DNA of 62,124 nucleotides, the filler included. It is 11 parts of 11 records of this genome, joined end to end, with 100 filler letters (N's around TTAATTAATTAA, not from the genome) between each part and the next. Parts side by side here need not be neighbours in the genome. Positions count along the whole stretch, not along the records: positions 21,756 to 36,098 come from SRR11831585_806; 10 more parts are not named here. The stretch is one strand, 5' to 3'. A model generated the notes under the pieces. The model did no database searches and was not told the origin of the DNA. It saw only the letters and a list, made by a program, of their open reading frames with translations. Numbering within the stretch: the first letter of the stretch is position 1; each line of letters starts with the position of its first letter. Of the stretch, positions 22,026 to 33,793 are shown piece after piece. Made by a program: the position numbers and the translations under genes.

Positions 22026-23069
22026 ATGAGCGTAATGTTTGATCCAGACACGGCGATTTATCCTTTCCCCCCGAAGCCGACGCCGTTAAGCATTGATGAA
22101 AAAGCGTATTACCGCGAGAAGATAAAACGTCTGCTAAAAGAACGTAATGCGGTGATGGTTGCCCACTACTATACCGATCCCGAAATTCAACAACTGGCAG
22201 AAGAAACCGGTGGCTGTATTTCTGATTCTCTGGAAATGGCGCGCTTCGGTGCAAAGCATCCCGCTTCTACTTTGTTAGTCGCTGGGGTGAGATTTATGGG
22301 AGAAACCGCCAAAATTCTCAGTCCGGAAAAAACAATTCTGATGCCGACACTTCAGGCTGAATGTTCACTGGATCTCGGCTGCCCTGTTGAAGAATTTAAC
22401 GCATTTTGCGATGCCCATCCCGATCGTACTGTCGTCGTCTACGCCAACACTTCTGCTGCGGTAAAAGCGCGCGCAGATTGGGTGGTAACTTCAAGCATTG
22501 CCGTCGAACTTATTGATCATCTTGATAGTTTGGGTGAAAAAATCATCTGGGCACCCGACAAACATCTGGGGCGTTACGTGCAAAAACAGACGGGTGGAGA
22601 CATTCTATGCTGGCAGGGTGCCTGTATTGTGCATGATGAATTTAAGACTCAGGCGTTAACCCGCTTGCAAGAAGAATACCCGGATGCTGCCATACTGGTG
22701 CATCCAGAATCACCACAAGCTATTGTCGATATGGCGGATGCGGTCGGTTCCACCAGTCAACTGATCGCTGCTGCGAAAACATTGCCACATCAGAGGCTTA
22801 TTGTGGCAACCGATCGGGGTATTTTCTACAAAATGCAGCAGGCGGTGCCAGATAAAGAGTTACTGGAAGCACCAACCGCAGGTGAGGGTGCAACCTGCCG
22901 CAGCTGCGCGCATTGTCCGTGGATGGCCATGAATGGCCTTCAGGCCATCGCAGAGGCATTAGAACAGGAAGGAAGCAATCACGAGGTTCATGTTGATGAA
23001 AGGCTGCGAGAGAGGGCGCTGGTGCCGCTCAATCGTATGCTGGATTTTGCGGCTACACTACGTGGATAA
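22026..23069 (+). CDS. nadA: Quinolinate synthase A
   Basis: 347 aa; [23 protein letters not shown] and CPWM Fe-S motifs. Confidence 0.98.
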
Positions 23070-23105
23070 CGAATAATAAGGCGTAACGTTACGCTTTGGG
23101 GAAAG

Positions 23106-23824
23106 ATGGATTTTTTAGTGTGCAGAATATCCTGGTACATATACCAATAGGGGCAGGCGGTTATGATCTCTCATGGATCGAAGCGGTAGGCACGATCGCC
23201 GGGTTGCTGTGTATTGGCCTTGCCAGTCTGGAGAAGATCAGCAACTACTTCTTTGGCCTGATCAACGTCACCTTGTTTGGCATTATTTTCTTTCAGATTC
23301 AGCTGTATGCCAGCCTGCTATTACAGGTGTTTTTCTTTGCCGCGAATATTTACGGTTGGTATGCGTGGTCGCGACAAACCAGTCAGAACGAGGCGGAGTT
23401 GAAAATTCGCTGGTTGCCATTGCCGAAGGCACTCAGCTGGTTGGCGGTTTGCGTTGTTTCGATTGGTCTGATGACGGTATTTATCAATCCGGTGTTTGCA
23501 TTTTTGACCCGCGTGGCAGTCATGATCATGCAAGCATTAGGATTACAGGTTGTGATGCCTGAACTGCAACCGGACGCTTTCCCGTTCTGGGATTCATGCA
23601 TGATGGTGTTATCTATCGTGGCAATGATTCTGATGACGCGTAAGTATGTGGAAAACTGGCTGTTGTGGGTGATTATTAACGTGATTAGCGTCGTTATTTT
23701 TGCACTTCAGGGCGTTTACGCCATGTCTCTGGAGTACATCATCCTGACCTTTATTGCGCTCAACGGCAGCCGGATGTGGATCAACAGCGCACGTGAAAGA
23801 GGCTCACGCGCGCTGTCCCATTAA
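23106..23824 (+). CDS. pnuC: Nicotinamide riboside transporter PnuC (apparent -1 frameshift just after the start codon, probably sequencing error)
   Basis: Body [14 protein letters not shown]...[10 protein letters not shown] is PnuC; ATG at 23106 is followed by only six T, so the span is 719 nt, not a multiple of 3. Confidence 0.93.
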
Positions 23825-24762
23825 TGGTGATGATGTGAATGGCCAGACACCCCTTCATTCAGGTGGCAGTCTGGCCCATGACAAGGTTGATATTCCATCT
23901 GAATGGTGGCGTGCTCAATCTGATAGTGATCCATCAGGTAGTGTTGGATCTGATCCAACAAGGCATCGTGATCGTGTGGCGGGATCACCTGCACATGCAA
24001 CGTCATCACCGGCTTCTCGCCTACCATCCATACATGTACATGGTGCACATTGCGGACTTCCGGGATTTCCCGGCACATACGACGCTTCAGTTCAGCGATA
24101 TCCAGCGATACCGGTGCACCTTCAAGTAATTCATTCACGCTATCTTTCAACAGTCGCCACGCGCTACGCAGAACCAGAAGCGACACCAGTATCGAGAGAA
24201 TGGGGTCAGCAGGTGTCCAGCCAGTCCAGATAATAATCAACGCGGCAATAATAGCCCCAACCGAACCCAGCAGGTCCCCGAGCACATGCAGTGCCGCTGC
24301 TCGTACGTTGAGGTTTTTCTCTTCGCTGCCGTGATGAAGTAACCAGAAAGAAAGTATATTTGCCAGCAACCCAGCCACGGCAATTGCCATCATCATGCCG
24401 CCCTCGACCGGACGCGGCGTGCGGAAGCGTTCTATCGCCTCCCAGACAATCAAAATGGTAATTACCACGAGGGCTATGGCATTCACAAACGCCGCGAGCG
24501 TGGTCAGTCTTAGCCAACCGAAAGTGTGGCGAATGGTGGGAGGACGACGTGAAAATTGCACGGCGAGTAGGGCGAAAAGCAGGGCGGCAGTATCGGTCAA
24601 CATATGACCCGCATCAGCCAGCAATGCCAGAGAACCAGAAAGAAAACCACCAACGACTTCTACCAGCATAAACCCGGCAGTCACGCCGAAAGCATACAAC
24701 AAGCGACGAGCATTATTATCTTCTGGCAGGTGTGAGGACGTGTGTGAGTGTGAGTGCGCCAT
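23821..24762 (-). CDS. zitB: CDF-family zinc exporter ZitB
   Basis: 313 aa; [14 protein letters not shown] and [10 protein letters not shown] motifs; His-rich termini. Confidence 0.98.
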
Positions 24763-24875
24763 GACGAGTCATCCCTTAATTATTCTCACTTAACTTTATG
24801 ACATCATACTGCTTTTAGAAGTGAAAAATTAAAAGGGAGAGACTCCGCTCTCCCATTATTGGCTATTTTGCAGGG

Positions 24876-25256
24876 TTACTGCGTGGTACCGTCGGTTTTG
24901 GTATCGACATCATTATTGATGCCATCACCGGTTTGTACCTTTTTATTGATATCCGGACAGCGACCATCTTTGCACATGGTGTTCTTGTGCTCTTCATCTT
25001 TGGTCATTCCGTCATTGTTCATTGAAGAACCATCCGAATGCAGCATTGTGCCGCCAGAACCGGTATTTACCCCGTTATTGTCGACGTTATTTGGCGCGAC
25101 ATTTTCACGGGCGTCAGGGGCTACCTGGCCCGCATCAGCTGCGGCGTTTGCCTGGCCGTTATTAGTTTGCGCTCCGCTATCGGCAGCCAGTGCGGCACCG
25201 CTGGCAAGGCTTAGAGTGGCAGTCAGAAATAATGTGGCCAGTTTTGTCATTTTCAT
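24876..25256 (-). CDS. ybgS: Secreted protein YbgS
   Basis: 126 aa with signal peptide and [14 protein letters not shown]-12 position between zitB and aroG. Confidence 0.95.
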
Positions 25257-25483
25257 AGGATGCTCCTGTTATGGTCGTTATGTCGGATAACCTCTTCCAA
25301 CAGTGCATTTGCAGGTGAATATAAGGCATTGGTTTAAGATTTCAGCCAGGTTATGAAACGCAGCAGAGAATCTTGAAATAATTAACAAACAAAGGAGTTA
25401 CAGTTAGAAATTGTAGGAGAGATCTCGTTTTTCGCGACAATCTGGCGTTTTTCTTGCTAATTCCAGGATTAATCCGTTCATAG

Positions 25484-25501
25484 TGTAAAACCCCGTTTAC
25501 A
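25484..25501. promoter_or_regulatory. TyrR box of the aroG promoter
   Basis: TGTAAA-ACCCCG-TTTACA, an exact match to TGTAAA-N6-TTTACA. Confidence 0.9.
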
Positions 25502-25571
25502 CATTCTGACGGAAGATATAGATTGGAAGTATTGCATTCACTAAGATAAGTATGGCAACACTGGAACAGAC

Positions 25572-26624
25572 ATGAATTATCAGAACGACGATTTACGCAT
25601 CAAAGAAATCAAAGAGTTACTTCCTCCTGTCGCATTGCTGGAAAAATTCCCCGCTACTGAAAATGCCGCGAATACGGTTGCCCATGCCCGAAAAGCGATC
25701 CATAAGATCCTGAAAGGTAATGATGATCGCCTGTTGGTTGTGATTGGCCCATGCTCAATTCATGATCCTGTCGCGGCAAAAGAGTATGCCACTCGCTTGC
25801 TGGCGCTGCGTGAAGAGCTGAAAGATGAGCTGGAAATCGTAATGCGCGTCTATTTTGAAAAGCCGCGTACCACGGTGGGCTGGAAAGGGCTGATTAACGA
25901 TCCGCATATGGATAATAGCTTCCAGATCAACGACGGTCTGCGTATAGCCCGTAAATTGCTGCTTGATATTAACGACAGCGGTCTGCCAGCGGCAGGTGAG
26001 TTTCTCGATATGATCACCCCACAATATCTCGCTGACCTGATGAGCTGGGGCGCAATTGGCGCACGTACCACCGAATCGCAGGTGCACCGCGAACTGGCAT
26101 CAGGGCTTTCTTGTCCGGTCGGCTTCAAAAATGGCACCGACGGTACGATTAAAGTGGCTATCGATGCCATTAATGCCGCCGGTGCGCCGCACTGCTTCCT
26201 GTCCGTAACGAAATGGGGGCATTCGGCGATTGTGAATACCAGCGGTAACGGCGATTGCCATATCATTCTGCGCGGCGGTAAAGAGCCTAACTACAGCGCG
26301 AAGCACGTTGCTGAAGTGAAAGAAGGGCTGAACAAAGCAGGCCTGCCAGCACAGGTGATGATCGATTTCAGCCATGCTAACTCGTCCAAACAATTCAAAA
26401 AGCAGATGGATGTTTGTGCTGACGTTTGCCAGCAGATTGCCGGTGGCGAAAAGGCCATTATTGGCGTGATGGTGGAAAGCCATCTGGTGGAAGGCAATCA
26501 GAGCCTCGAGAGCGGGGAGCCGCTGGCCTACGGTAAGAGCATCACCGATGCCTGCATCGGCTGGGAAGATACCGATGCTCTGTTACGTCAACTGGCGAAT
26601 GCAGTAAAAGCGCGTCGCGGGTAA
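25572..26624 (+). CDS. aroG: Phe-sensitive DAHP synthase
   Basis: 350 aa MNYQNDDLRIKEI...; GPCSIHD, EKPRTTVGWKG, GARTTESQVHR motifs. Confidence 0.99.
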   Translation: MNYQNDDLRIKEIKELLPPVALLEKFPATENAANTVAHARKAIHKILKGNDDRLLVVIGPCSIHDPVAAKEYATRLLALREELKDELEIVMRVYFEKPRTTVGWKGLINDPHMDNSFQINDGLRIARKLLLDINDSGLPAAGEFLDMITPQYLADLMSWGAIGARTTESQVHRELASGLSCPVGFKNGTDGTIKVAIDAINAAGAPHCFLSVTKWGHSAIVNTSGNGDCHIILRGGKEPNYSAKHVAEVKEGLNKAGLPAQVMIDFSHANSSKQFKKQMDVCADVCQQIAGGEKAIIGVMVESHLVEGNQSLESGEPLAYGKSITDACIGWEDTDALLRQLANAVKARRG

Positions 26625-26632
26625 GGTTTAAT

Positions 26633-26710
26633 TGTCGGATGCGCCGTCAGAGTGGCGTATCCGATGAATCACCACAGGCCTGATAAGTCGCGCAGCGTCG
26701 CATCAGGCAA
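26633..26710. repeat. REP pair (BIME-like)
   Basis: TGTCGGATGCGCC...TATCCGA and GGCCTGATAAG...GCGTCGCATCAGGCAA between convergent aroG and gpmA. Confidence 0.8.
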
Positions 26711-26730
26711 TGTGCTCCATTGTTAGCAAC

Positions 26731-26760
26731 AAAAAAGCCGACTCACTTGCAGTCGGCTTT
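26731..26760 (-). terminator. Rho-independent terminator of gpmA
   Basis: AAAAAAGCCGACT-CACTTGC-AGTCGGCTTT hairpin with U tract on the minus strand. Confidence 0.8.
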
Positions 26761-26781
26761 CTCATTTTAAACGAATGACGT

Positions 26782-27534
26782 TTACTTCGCTTTACCCTGG
26801 TTTGCAACCGCCGCTGCTTTCGCTGCGATCTCGTCAGCATTACCCAGATAATAGCGTTTCAGCGGTTTGAAATTCTCGTCGAACTCATACACCAGCGGCA
26901 CGCCAGTCGGGATATTAAGCTCAAGAATCTCTTCTTCGCTCATGTTATCAAGATATTTCACCAGCGCACGTAAAGAGTTACCGTGTGCAGCGATGATCAC
27001 GCGCTCACCGCTCTTCATACGCGGCAGAATAGTTTCATTCCAGTAAGGGATCACGCGGTCAATGGTCAGCGCCAGGCTTTCCGTCAGCGGCAGTTCTTTC
27101 TCGCTCAGTTTCGCGTAACGCGGATCGTGACCCGGATAACGCTCATCATCTTTAGTCAGTTCCGGCGGAGTCACTGCAAAACCACGACGCCACTGTTTCA
27201 CCTGCTCGTCGCCATACTTTTCAGCAGTTTCCGCTTTGTTCAGACCCTGCAACGCACCGTAGTGACGTTCGTTCAGTTTCCAGGATTTCTCAACGGGCAG
27301 CCATGCCTGATCCAGTTCGTCCAGCACATTCCACAGGGTATGGATAGCGCGTTTCAGCACAGAAGTGTAAGCAAAGTCAAAGCTGTAACCTTCCTCTTTC
27401 AGCAGCTTACCTGCTGCTTTTGCTTCGCTTACGCCTTTCTCAGACAGATCCACGTCGTACCAACCGGTGAAACGGTTTTCTTTGTTCCACTGACTTTCGC
27501 CATGACGAACCAGAACCAGCTTAGTTACAGCCAT
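26782..27534 (-). CDS. gpmA: 2,3-BPG-dependent phosphoglycerate mutase
   Basis: 250 aa [14 protein letters not shown]...; LNERHYG and AHGNSLR motifs. Confidence 0.99.
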
Positions 27535-27559
27535 ATACTTACTCCTCAAATCATCTTTT

Positions 27560-27578
27560 AATGATAATAATTCTCATT
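27560..27578. promoter_or_regulatory. Fur box upstream of gpmA
   Basis: AATGATAATAATTCTCATT contains the 7-1-7 repeat TGATAAT-A-ATTCTCA. Confidence 0.8.
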
Positions 27579-27735
27579 ATATTGCCGCGACGAAGCAACA
27601 GCAATGCTTACGCATAACCATAGCGAAAATAGTGGCGCAGTGTAAGGTTGTTGTGAATATTGAGTTGCAAATATGTCGGTGTTTGCTGGTGATTTGAACA
27701 ATATGAGATAAAGCCCTCATGACGAGGGCGTAACA

Positions 27736-28776
27736 TTACTCAGCAATAAACTGATATTCCGTCAGGCTGGAATACTCTTCGCCAGGACGCAGGAAGCAGT
27801 CCGGTTGCGGCCATTCAGGGTGGTTCGGGCTGTCCGGTAGAAACTCGCTTTCCAGAGCCAGCCCTTGCCAGTCGGCGTAAGGTTCGGTTCCCCGCGACGG
27901 TGTGCCGCCGAGGAAGTTGCCGGAGTAGAATTGCAGAGCCGGAGCGGTGGTGTAGACCTTCAGCTGCAATTTTTCATCTGCTGACCAGACATGCGCCGCC
28001 ACTTTCTTGCCATCGCCTTTGGCCTGTAACAAGAATGCGTGATCGTAACCTTTCACTTTGCGCTGATCGTCGTCGGCAAGAAACTCACTGGCGATGATTT
28101 TGGCGCTGCGGAAATCAAAAGACGTTCCGGCGACAGATTTCAGGCCGTCGTGCGGAATGCCGCCTTCATCAACCGGCAGATATTCGTCCGCCAGAATCTG
28201 CAACTTGTGATTGCGCACGTCAGACTGCTCGCCGTCAAGATTGAAATAGACGTGATTAGTCATATTCACCGGGCAAGGTTTATCAACTGTGGCGCGATAA
28301 GTAATGGAGATACGGTTATCGTCGGTCAGACGATATTGCACCGTCGCGCCGAGATTACCCGGGAAGCCCTGATCACCATCATCTGAACTCAGGGCAAACA
28401 GCACCTGACGATCGTTCTGGTTCACAATCTGCCAGCGACGTTTGTCGAACCCTTCCGGCCCGCCGTGCAGCTGGTTAACGCCCTGACTTGGCGAAAGCGT
28501 CACGGTTTCACCGTCAAAGGTATAACGGCTATTGGCGATACGGTTGGCATAACGACCAATAGAGGCCCCCAGAAACGCGGCCTGATCCTGATAGCATTCC
28601 GGGCTGGCACAGCCGAGCAGCGCCTCGCGGACGCTGCCATCGGAAAGCGGAATACGGGCGGAAAGTAAAGTCGCACCCCAGTCCATCAGCGTGACTACCA
28701 TCCCTGCGTTGTTACGCAAAGTTAACAGTCGGTACGGCTGACCATCGGGTGCCAGTGCGGGAGTTTCGTTCAGCAC
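27736..28776 (-). CDS. galM: Galactose-1-epimerase (mutarotase)
   Basis: 346 aa; [23 protein letters not shown] motifs. Confidence 0.99.
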
Positions 28777-29918
28777 TGTCCTGCTCCTTGTGATGGTTTA
28801 CAAACGTAAAAAGTCTCTTTAATACCTGTTTTTGCTTCATATTGTTCAGCGACAGCTTGCTGTACGGCAGGCACCAGCTCTTCCGGGATCAGCGCGACGA
28901 TACAGCCGCCAAATCCGCCGCCGGTCATGCGTACGCCACCTTTGTCGCCAATCACAGCTTTGACGATTTCTACCAGAGTGTCAATTTGCGGCACGGTGAT
29001 TTCGAAATCATCGCGCATAGAGGCATGAGACTCCGCCATCAACTCGCCCATACGTTTCAGGTCGCCTTGCTCCAGCGCGCTGGCAGCTTCAACGGTGCGG
29101 GCGTTTTCAGTCAGTATATGACGCACGCGTTTTGCCACGATCGGGTCCAGTTCATGCGCAACAGCGTTGAACTCTTCAATGGTGACATCACGCAGGGCTG
29201 GCTGCTGGAAGAAACGCGCACCGGTTTCGCACTGTTCACGACGGGTGTTGTATTCGCTGCCAACCAGGGTACGTTTGAAGTTACTGTTGATGATGACGAC
29301 AGCCACACCTTTGGGCATGGAAACTGCTTTGGTCCCCAGTGAGCGGCAATCGATCAGCAAGGCATGATCTTTCTTGCCGAGCGCGGAAATTAGCTGATCC
29401 ATGATCCCGCAGTTACAGCCTACAAACTGGTTTTCTGCTTCCTGACCGTTAAGCGCGATTTGTGCGCCGTCCAGCGGCAGATGATAAAGCTGCTGCAATA
29501 CGGTTCCGACCGCGACTTCCAGTGAAGCGGAAGAACTTAACCCGGCACCCTGCGGCACATTGCCGCTGATCACCATGTCCACGCCGCCGAAGCTGTTGTT
29601 ACGCAGTTGCAGATGTTTCACCACGCCACGAACGTAGTTAGCCCATTGATAGTTTTCATGTGCGACAATGGGCGCATCGAGGGAAAACTCGTCGAGCTGA
29701 TTTTCATAATCGGCTGCCATCACGCGAACTTTACGGTCATCGCGTGGTGCACAACTGATCACGGTTTGATAATCAATCGCGCAGGGCAGAACGAAACCGT
29801 CGTTGTAGTCGGTGTGTTCACCAATCAAATTCACGCGGCCAGGCGCCTGAATGGTGTGAGTGGCAGGGTAGCCAAATGCGTTGGCAAACAGAGATTGTGT
29901 TTTTTCTTTCAGACTCAT
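28770..29918 (-). CDS. galK: Galactokinase
   Basis: 382 aa, intact; [33 protein letters not shown]. Confidence 0.99.
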
Positions 29919-29921
29919 TTC

Positions 29922-30968
29922 TTACACTCCGGATTCGCGAAAATGGATATCGCTGACTGCGCGCAAACGCTCTGCTGCCTGTTCTGCGGTCAGGTCTCGC
30001 TGGGTCTCTGCCAGCATTTCATAACCAACCATAAATTTACGTACGGTGGCGGAGCGCAGCAGAGGCGGATAAAAGTGCGCGTGCAGCTGCCAGTGTTGAT
30101 TCTCTTCGCCATTAAATGGCGCGCCGTGCCAGCCCATAGAGTAGGGGAAGGAGCACTGGAAGAGGTTGTCATAACGACTGGTCAGCTTTTTCAACGCCAG
30201 CGCCAGATCGCTGCGCTGGGCGTCGGTCAAATCGGTGATCCGTAAAACGTGGGCTTTGGGCAGCAGTAGCGTTTCGAACGGCCAGGCAGCCCAGTAAGGC
30301 ACGACGGCTAACCAGTGTTCGGTTTCGACAACGGTACGGCTACCGTCTGCCAGCTCGCGCTGAACATAATCCACCAGCATTGGTGATTTCTGTTCGGCAA
30401 AATATTCTTTTTGCAGGCGGTCTTCGCGCTCAGCTTCGTTAGGCAGGAAGCTATTTGCCCAAATCTGACCGTGCGGATGCGGGTTAGAGCAGCCCATCGC
30501 CGCGCCTTTGTTTTCAAAAACCTGCACCCATGGGTACGTTTTCCCCAGTTCTGCGGTTTGCTCCTGCCAGGTTTTGACGATTTCCGTCAATGCTGCAACG
30601 CTGAGCTCTGGCAGCGTTTTACTGTGATCCGGTGAAAAGCAGATCACCCGGCTGGTGCCGCGCGCGCTCTGGCAACGCATCAGCGGATCGTGACTTTCTG
30701 GCGCATCTGGCGTGTCAGACATCAAAGCCGCAAAGTCATTAGTGAAAACGTAAGTCCCGGTGTAATCGGGGTTTTTATCGCCTGTCACCCGCACATTACC
30801 TGCGCAGAGGAAGCAATCTGGATCGTGCGCAGGTAACACCTGTTTGGCTGGCGTTTCCTGCGCCCCCTGCCAGGGGCGCTTAGCGCGGTGCGGTGAAACC
30901 AGAATCCATTGCCCGGTGAGCGGGTTGTAGCGGCGATGTGGATGATCAACGGGATTAAATTGCGTCAT
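29922..30968 (-). CDS. galT: Galactose-1-phosphate uridylyltransferase
   Basis: 348 aa; [10 protein letters not shown] active site. Confidence 0.99.
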
Positions 30969-30977
30969 GGTCGTTCC

Positions 30978-31994
30978 TTAATCGGGATATCCCTGTGGAT
31001 GGCGTGACTGCCAGTGCCAGGTGTCCTGCGCCATTTCATCGAGTGTGCGCGTTACGCGCCAGTTCAGTTCACGGTCGGCTTTGCTGGCGTCCGCCCAGTA
31101 GGCCGGAAGGTCGCCCTCGCGACGCGGTGCAAAATGATAATTAACCGGTTTGCCGCAGGCTTTGCTGAAGGCATTAACCACGTCCAGCACGCTGTTGCCT
31201 ACGCCAGCGCCGAGGTTGTAGATGTGTACGCCTGGCTTGTTCGCCAGTTTTTCCATCGCCACGACGTGACCGTCCGCCAGATCCATTACGTGGATGTAAT
31301 CGCGTACGCCAGTACCATCTTCGGTCGGATAATCGTTACCAAAAATCGCCAGCGAGTCGCGACGGCCTACAGCAACCTGGGCGATGTATGGCATCAGGTT
31401 ATTCGGAATGCCTTGCGGATCTTCGCCCATATCGCCCGACGGATGCGCGCCAACCGGGTTGAAGTAGCGCAGCAGGGCAATGCTCCAGTCCGGCTGGGCT
31501 TTTTGCAGATCGGTGAGGATCTGTTCCACCATCAGCTTGCTTTTGCCGTAAGGGCTTTGCGGTGTGCCGGTCGGGAAGCTTTCAACGTATGGAATTTTGG
31601 GCTGATCGCCATAAACGGTGGCGGAGGAGCTAAAAATAAAGTTTTTGACGTTAGCGGCGCGCATGGCGCTAATCAGGCGCAGAGTGCCGTTGACATTGTT
31701 GTCGTAATATTCCAGCGGTTTTTGTACCGATTCGCCCACGGCTTTCAGCCCGGCGAAGTGGATCACGGTGTCGATAGCGTGATCGTGCAGGATCTCGGTC
31801 ATCAACGCTTCGTTACGAATATCGCCTTCAACAAACGTTGGATGTTTGCCGCCTAAACGCTCGATAACAGGCAGTACGCTGCGCTTACTGTTACAGAGGT
31901 TATCAAGAATGATGACATCATGACCGTTTTGCAGTAATTGCACACAGGTATGACTTCCAATGTAACCGCTACCACCGGTAACCAGAACTCTCAT
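30978..31994 (-). CDS. galE: UDP-glucose 4-epimerase
   Basis: 338 aa MRVLVTGGSGYIGSH; FSSSATVYG and YGKSK motifs. Confidence 0.99.
   Translation of the reverse strand: MRVLVTGGSGYIGSHTCVQLLQNGHDVIILDNLCNSKRSVLPVIERLGGKHPTFVEGDIRNEALMTEILHDHAIDTVIHFAGLKAVGESVQKPLEYYDNNVNGTLRLISAMRAANVKNFIFSSSATVYGDQPKIPYVESFPTGTPQSPYGKSKLMVEQILTDLQKAQPDWSIALLRYFNPVGAHPSGDMGEDPQGIPNNLMPYIAQVAVGRRDSLAIFGNDYPTEDGTGVRDYIHVMDLADGHVVAMEKLANKPGVHIYNLGAGVGNSVLDVVNAFSKACGKPVNYHFAPRREGDLPAYWADASKADRELNWRVTRTLDEMAQDTWHWQSRHPQGYPD
31960..31975. promoter_or_regulatory. gal internal operator O_I (GalR)
   Basis: ATGTAACCGCTACCAC inside the 5' end of galE. Confidence 0.85.
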
Positions 31995-32050
31995 AATTCG
32001 CTCCATTAGGCTTATGGTATGAAATAACCATAGCATAACAAAGATGCGAA

Positions 32051-32088
32051 AAGTGTGACATGGAATAAATTAGTGGAATCGTTTACAC
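32051..32088. promoter_or_regulatory. gal promoter CRP site and external operator O_E
   Basis: AAGTGTGACATGGAATAAATTA (CRP) directly followed by GTGGAATCGTTTACAC (32073-32088). Confidence 0.88.
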
Positions 32089-32254
32089 AAGAATTTAGCC
32101 GTTTTTTATGCGCGATTAAGTGATTATAAAACAGAGGGTTTATGAATGATTGCGCTTTTTATCTGAAAAAAGACGCGGTTTCATGCCTGCATGCGTCGAA
32201 CCGTTGGCCGGAGAGGGTGCTAAGGCCGCCTCCGGCAAGGTCAGCACTACCGAC

Positions 32255-33727
32255 TCAATATATTTTTGTCAGCACATAGCGATAGAGTCCACCGTCCGGC
32301 ACGAACTCAAGACGATGGGTAATACAGGCAGGCGCATCTTCAGCGTGGTGCGAAACAAACAACAATTGCGTTTCACCTTCGCTAATCAGCACATCAACAA
32401 AACGGCGGATAAGCTGGCGATTCAGCGGATCAAGCCCCTGTAGTGGTTCATCGAGAATAAGCAACGTCGGATGTTTCACCAGTGCGCGGACAATCAGCGC
32501 CAGACGCTGCTGTCCCCAGGAAAGACTATGGAACGGAGCGTCAGCCGTGCGTTTATCAATGCCGAGAATATCCAGCCACTGCTGCACCAGTTTTTGCTGG
32601 CGATCCGAAACGGCCTGATAAATGCCAATCGAATCAAAATAGCCAGAAAGAATCACATTACGCACGGTAGTGCTGACCCGGTAATCCAGATGCAAACTAC
32701 TGCTGACGTAACCGATATGCTTTTTGATATCCCAGATGGTTTCGCCGCTGCCGCGACGTCGTCCGAAAAGCGTCAAATCGTTGCTGTAACCTTGCGGATG
32801 ATCGCCAGTAACCAGGCTTAATAACGTCGATTTTCCTGCACCATTTGGCCCGACAATTTGCCAGTGTTCGCCTGGATTCACCTGCCAGCTAAGGTTATTA
32901 AGAATGGGGCGATCGTTATAAGAAACCACGCCATTGTTCAGCACAATGCGCGGTTCGTTGGCGGGTAAGGCGTGACGTGCTGAAGGTTCATCCGGCTCCG
33001 GCAGTTGCACACCTTCAAGCTGTTCACTATGCGCCAGTTGCGCGACGAGTGCTTGTTGGAGCAGTTCCTCTTTAGCGCCAGTTTCCGCTAACGTGCAATC
33101 CGCCAGCACGCCAGCAAACTGGACAAACTCCGGGATCTCATCGAAGCGATTGAGCACCAGTACCAGAGTAATACCGGACTGATGTAACGAGGCGAGTCGC
33201 TCAGCCAGCTGCTGACGTGAGGCAACATCCAGGCCATCGAACGGCTCATCAAGAATCAACAAGTCAGGCTCCGACATCAGCGCCTGACACAGCAGGGTTT
33301 TTCGCGTCTCGCCAGTGGAAAGGTATTTAAAGCGTCGGTCGAGGAGGGCGGTAATACCGAACTGCTGCGCCAGTTGCATGCAACGCGGTGCATCCTTTAC
33401 TTCATCCTGAATGATCTCAGCCGTAGTGCGTCCGGTGTCATCTTCGCCAGGGCCGAGCATATCGGTGTTATTCCGCTGCCATTCGTCGCTGACGAGTTTT
33501 TGCAATTGCTCGAAGGAGAGACGAGTGATGTGGGAAAACTGGCTTTGCCGTTCACCTTTCAAAAGCGGAAGTTCCCCCGCCAGCGCGCGGGCCAGGGCCG
33601 ATTTCCCGCTTCCATTCGAACCGACAAACGCCCAACTATCACCCGCGTTTAACGTTAGCTGAGGCAATTGCAGCGTTTTTGTGTCGCTAAGACGAAACGT
33701 GCCTTGCAAAATTTGCAACGATGACAT
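32255..33727 (-). CDS. modF: ABC-family ATP-binding protein ModF
   Basis: 490 aa; two Walker A motifs (GSNGSGKS, GPNGAGKS) and two LILDEP. Confidence 0.97.
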   Translation of the reverse strand: MSSLQILQGTFRLSDTKTLQLPQLTLNAGDSWAFVGSNGSGKSALARALAGELPLLKGERQSQFSHITRLSFEQLQKLVSDEWQRNNTDMLGPGEDDTGRTTAEIIQDEVKDAPRCMQLAQQFGITALLDRRFKYLSTGETRKTLLCQALMSEPDLLILDEPFDGLDVASRQQLAERLASLHQSGITLVLVLNRFDEIPEFVQFAGVLADCTLAETGAKEELLQQALVAQLAHSEQLEGVQLPEPDEPSARHALPANEPRIVLNNGVVSYNDRPILNNLSWQVNPGEHWQIVGPNGAGKSTLLSLVTGDHPQGYSNDLTLFGRRRGSGETIWDIKKHIGYVSSSLHLDYRVSTTVRNVILSGYFDSIGIYQAVSDRQQKLVQQWLDILGIDKRTADAPFHSLSWGQQRLALIVRALVKHPTLLILDEPLQGLDPLNRQLIRRFVDVLISEGETQLLFVSHHAEDAPACITHRLEFVPDGGLYRYVLTKIY

Positions 33728-33793
33728 TTTATATCCCACTTTGTGCAGCGATTACTGACAGGGATACGTGTTTCATACAAATTGTCAACACGC

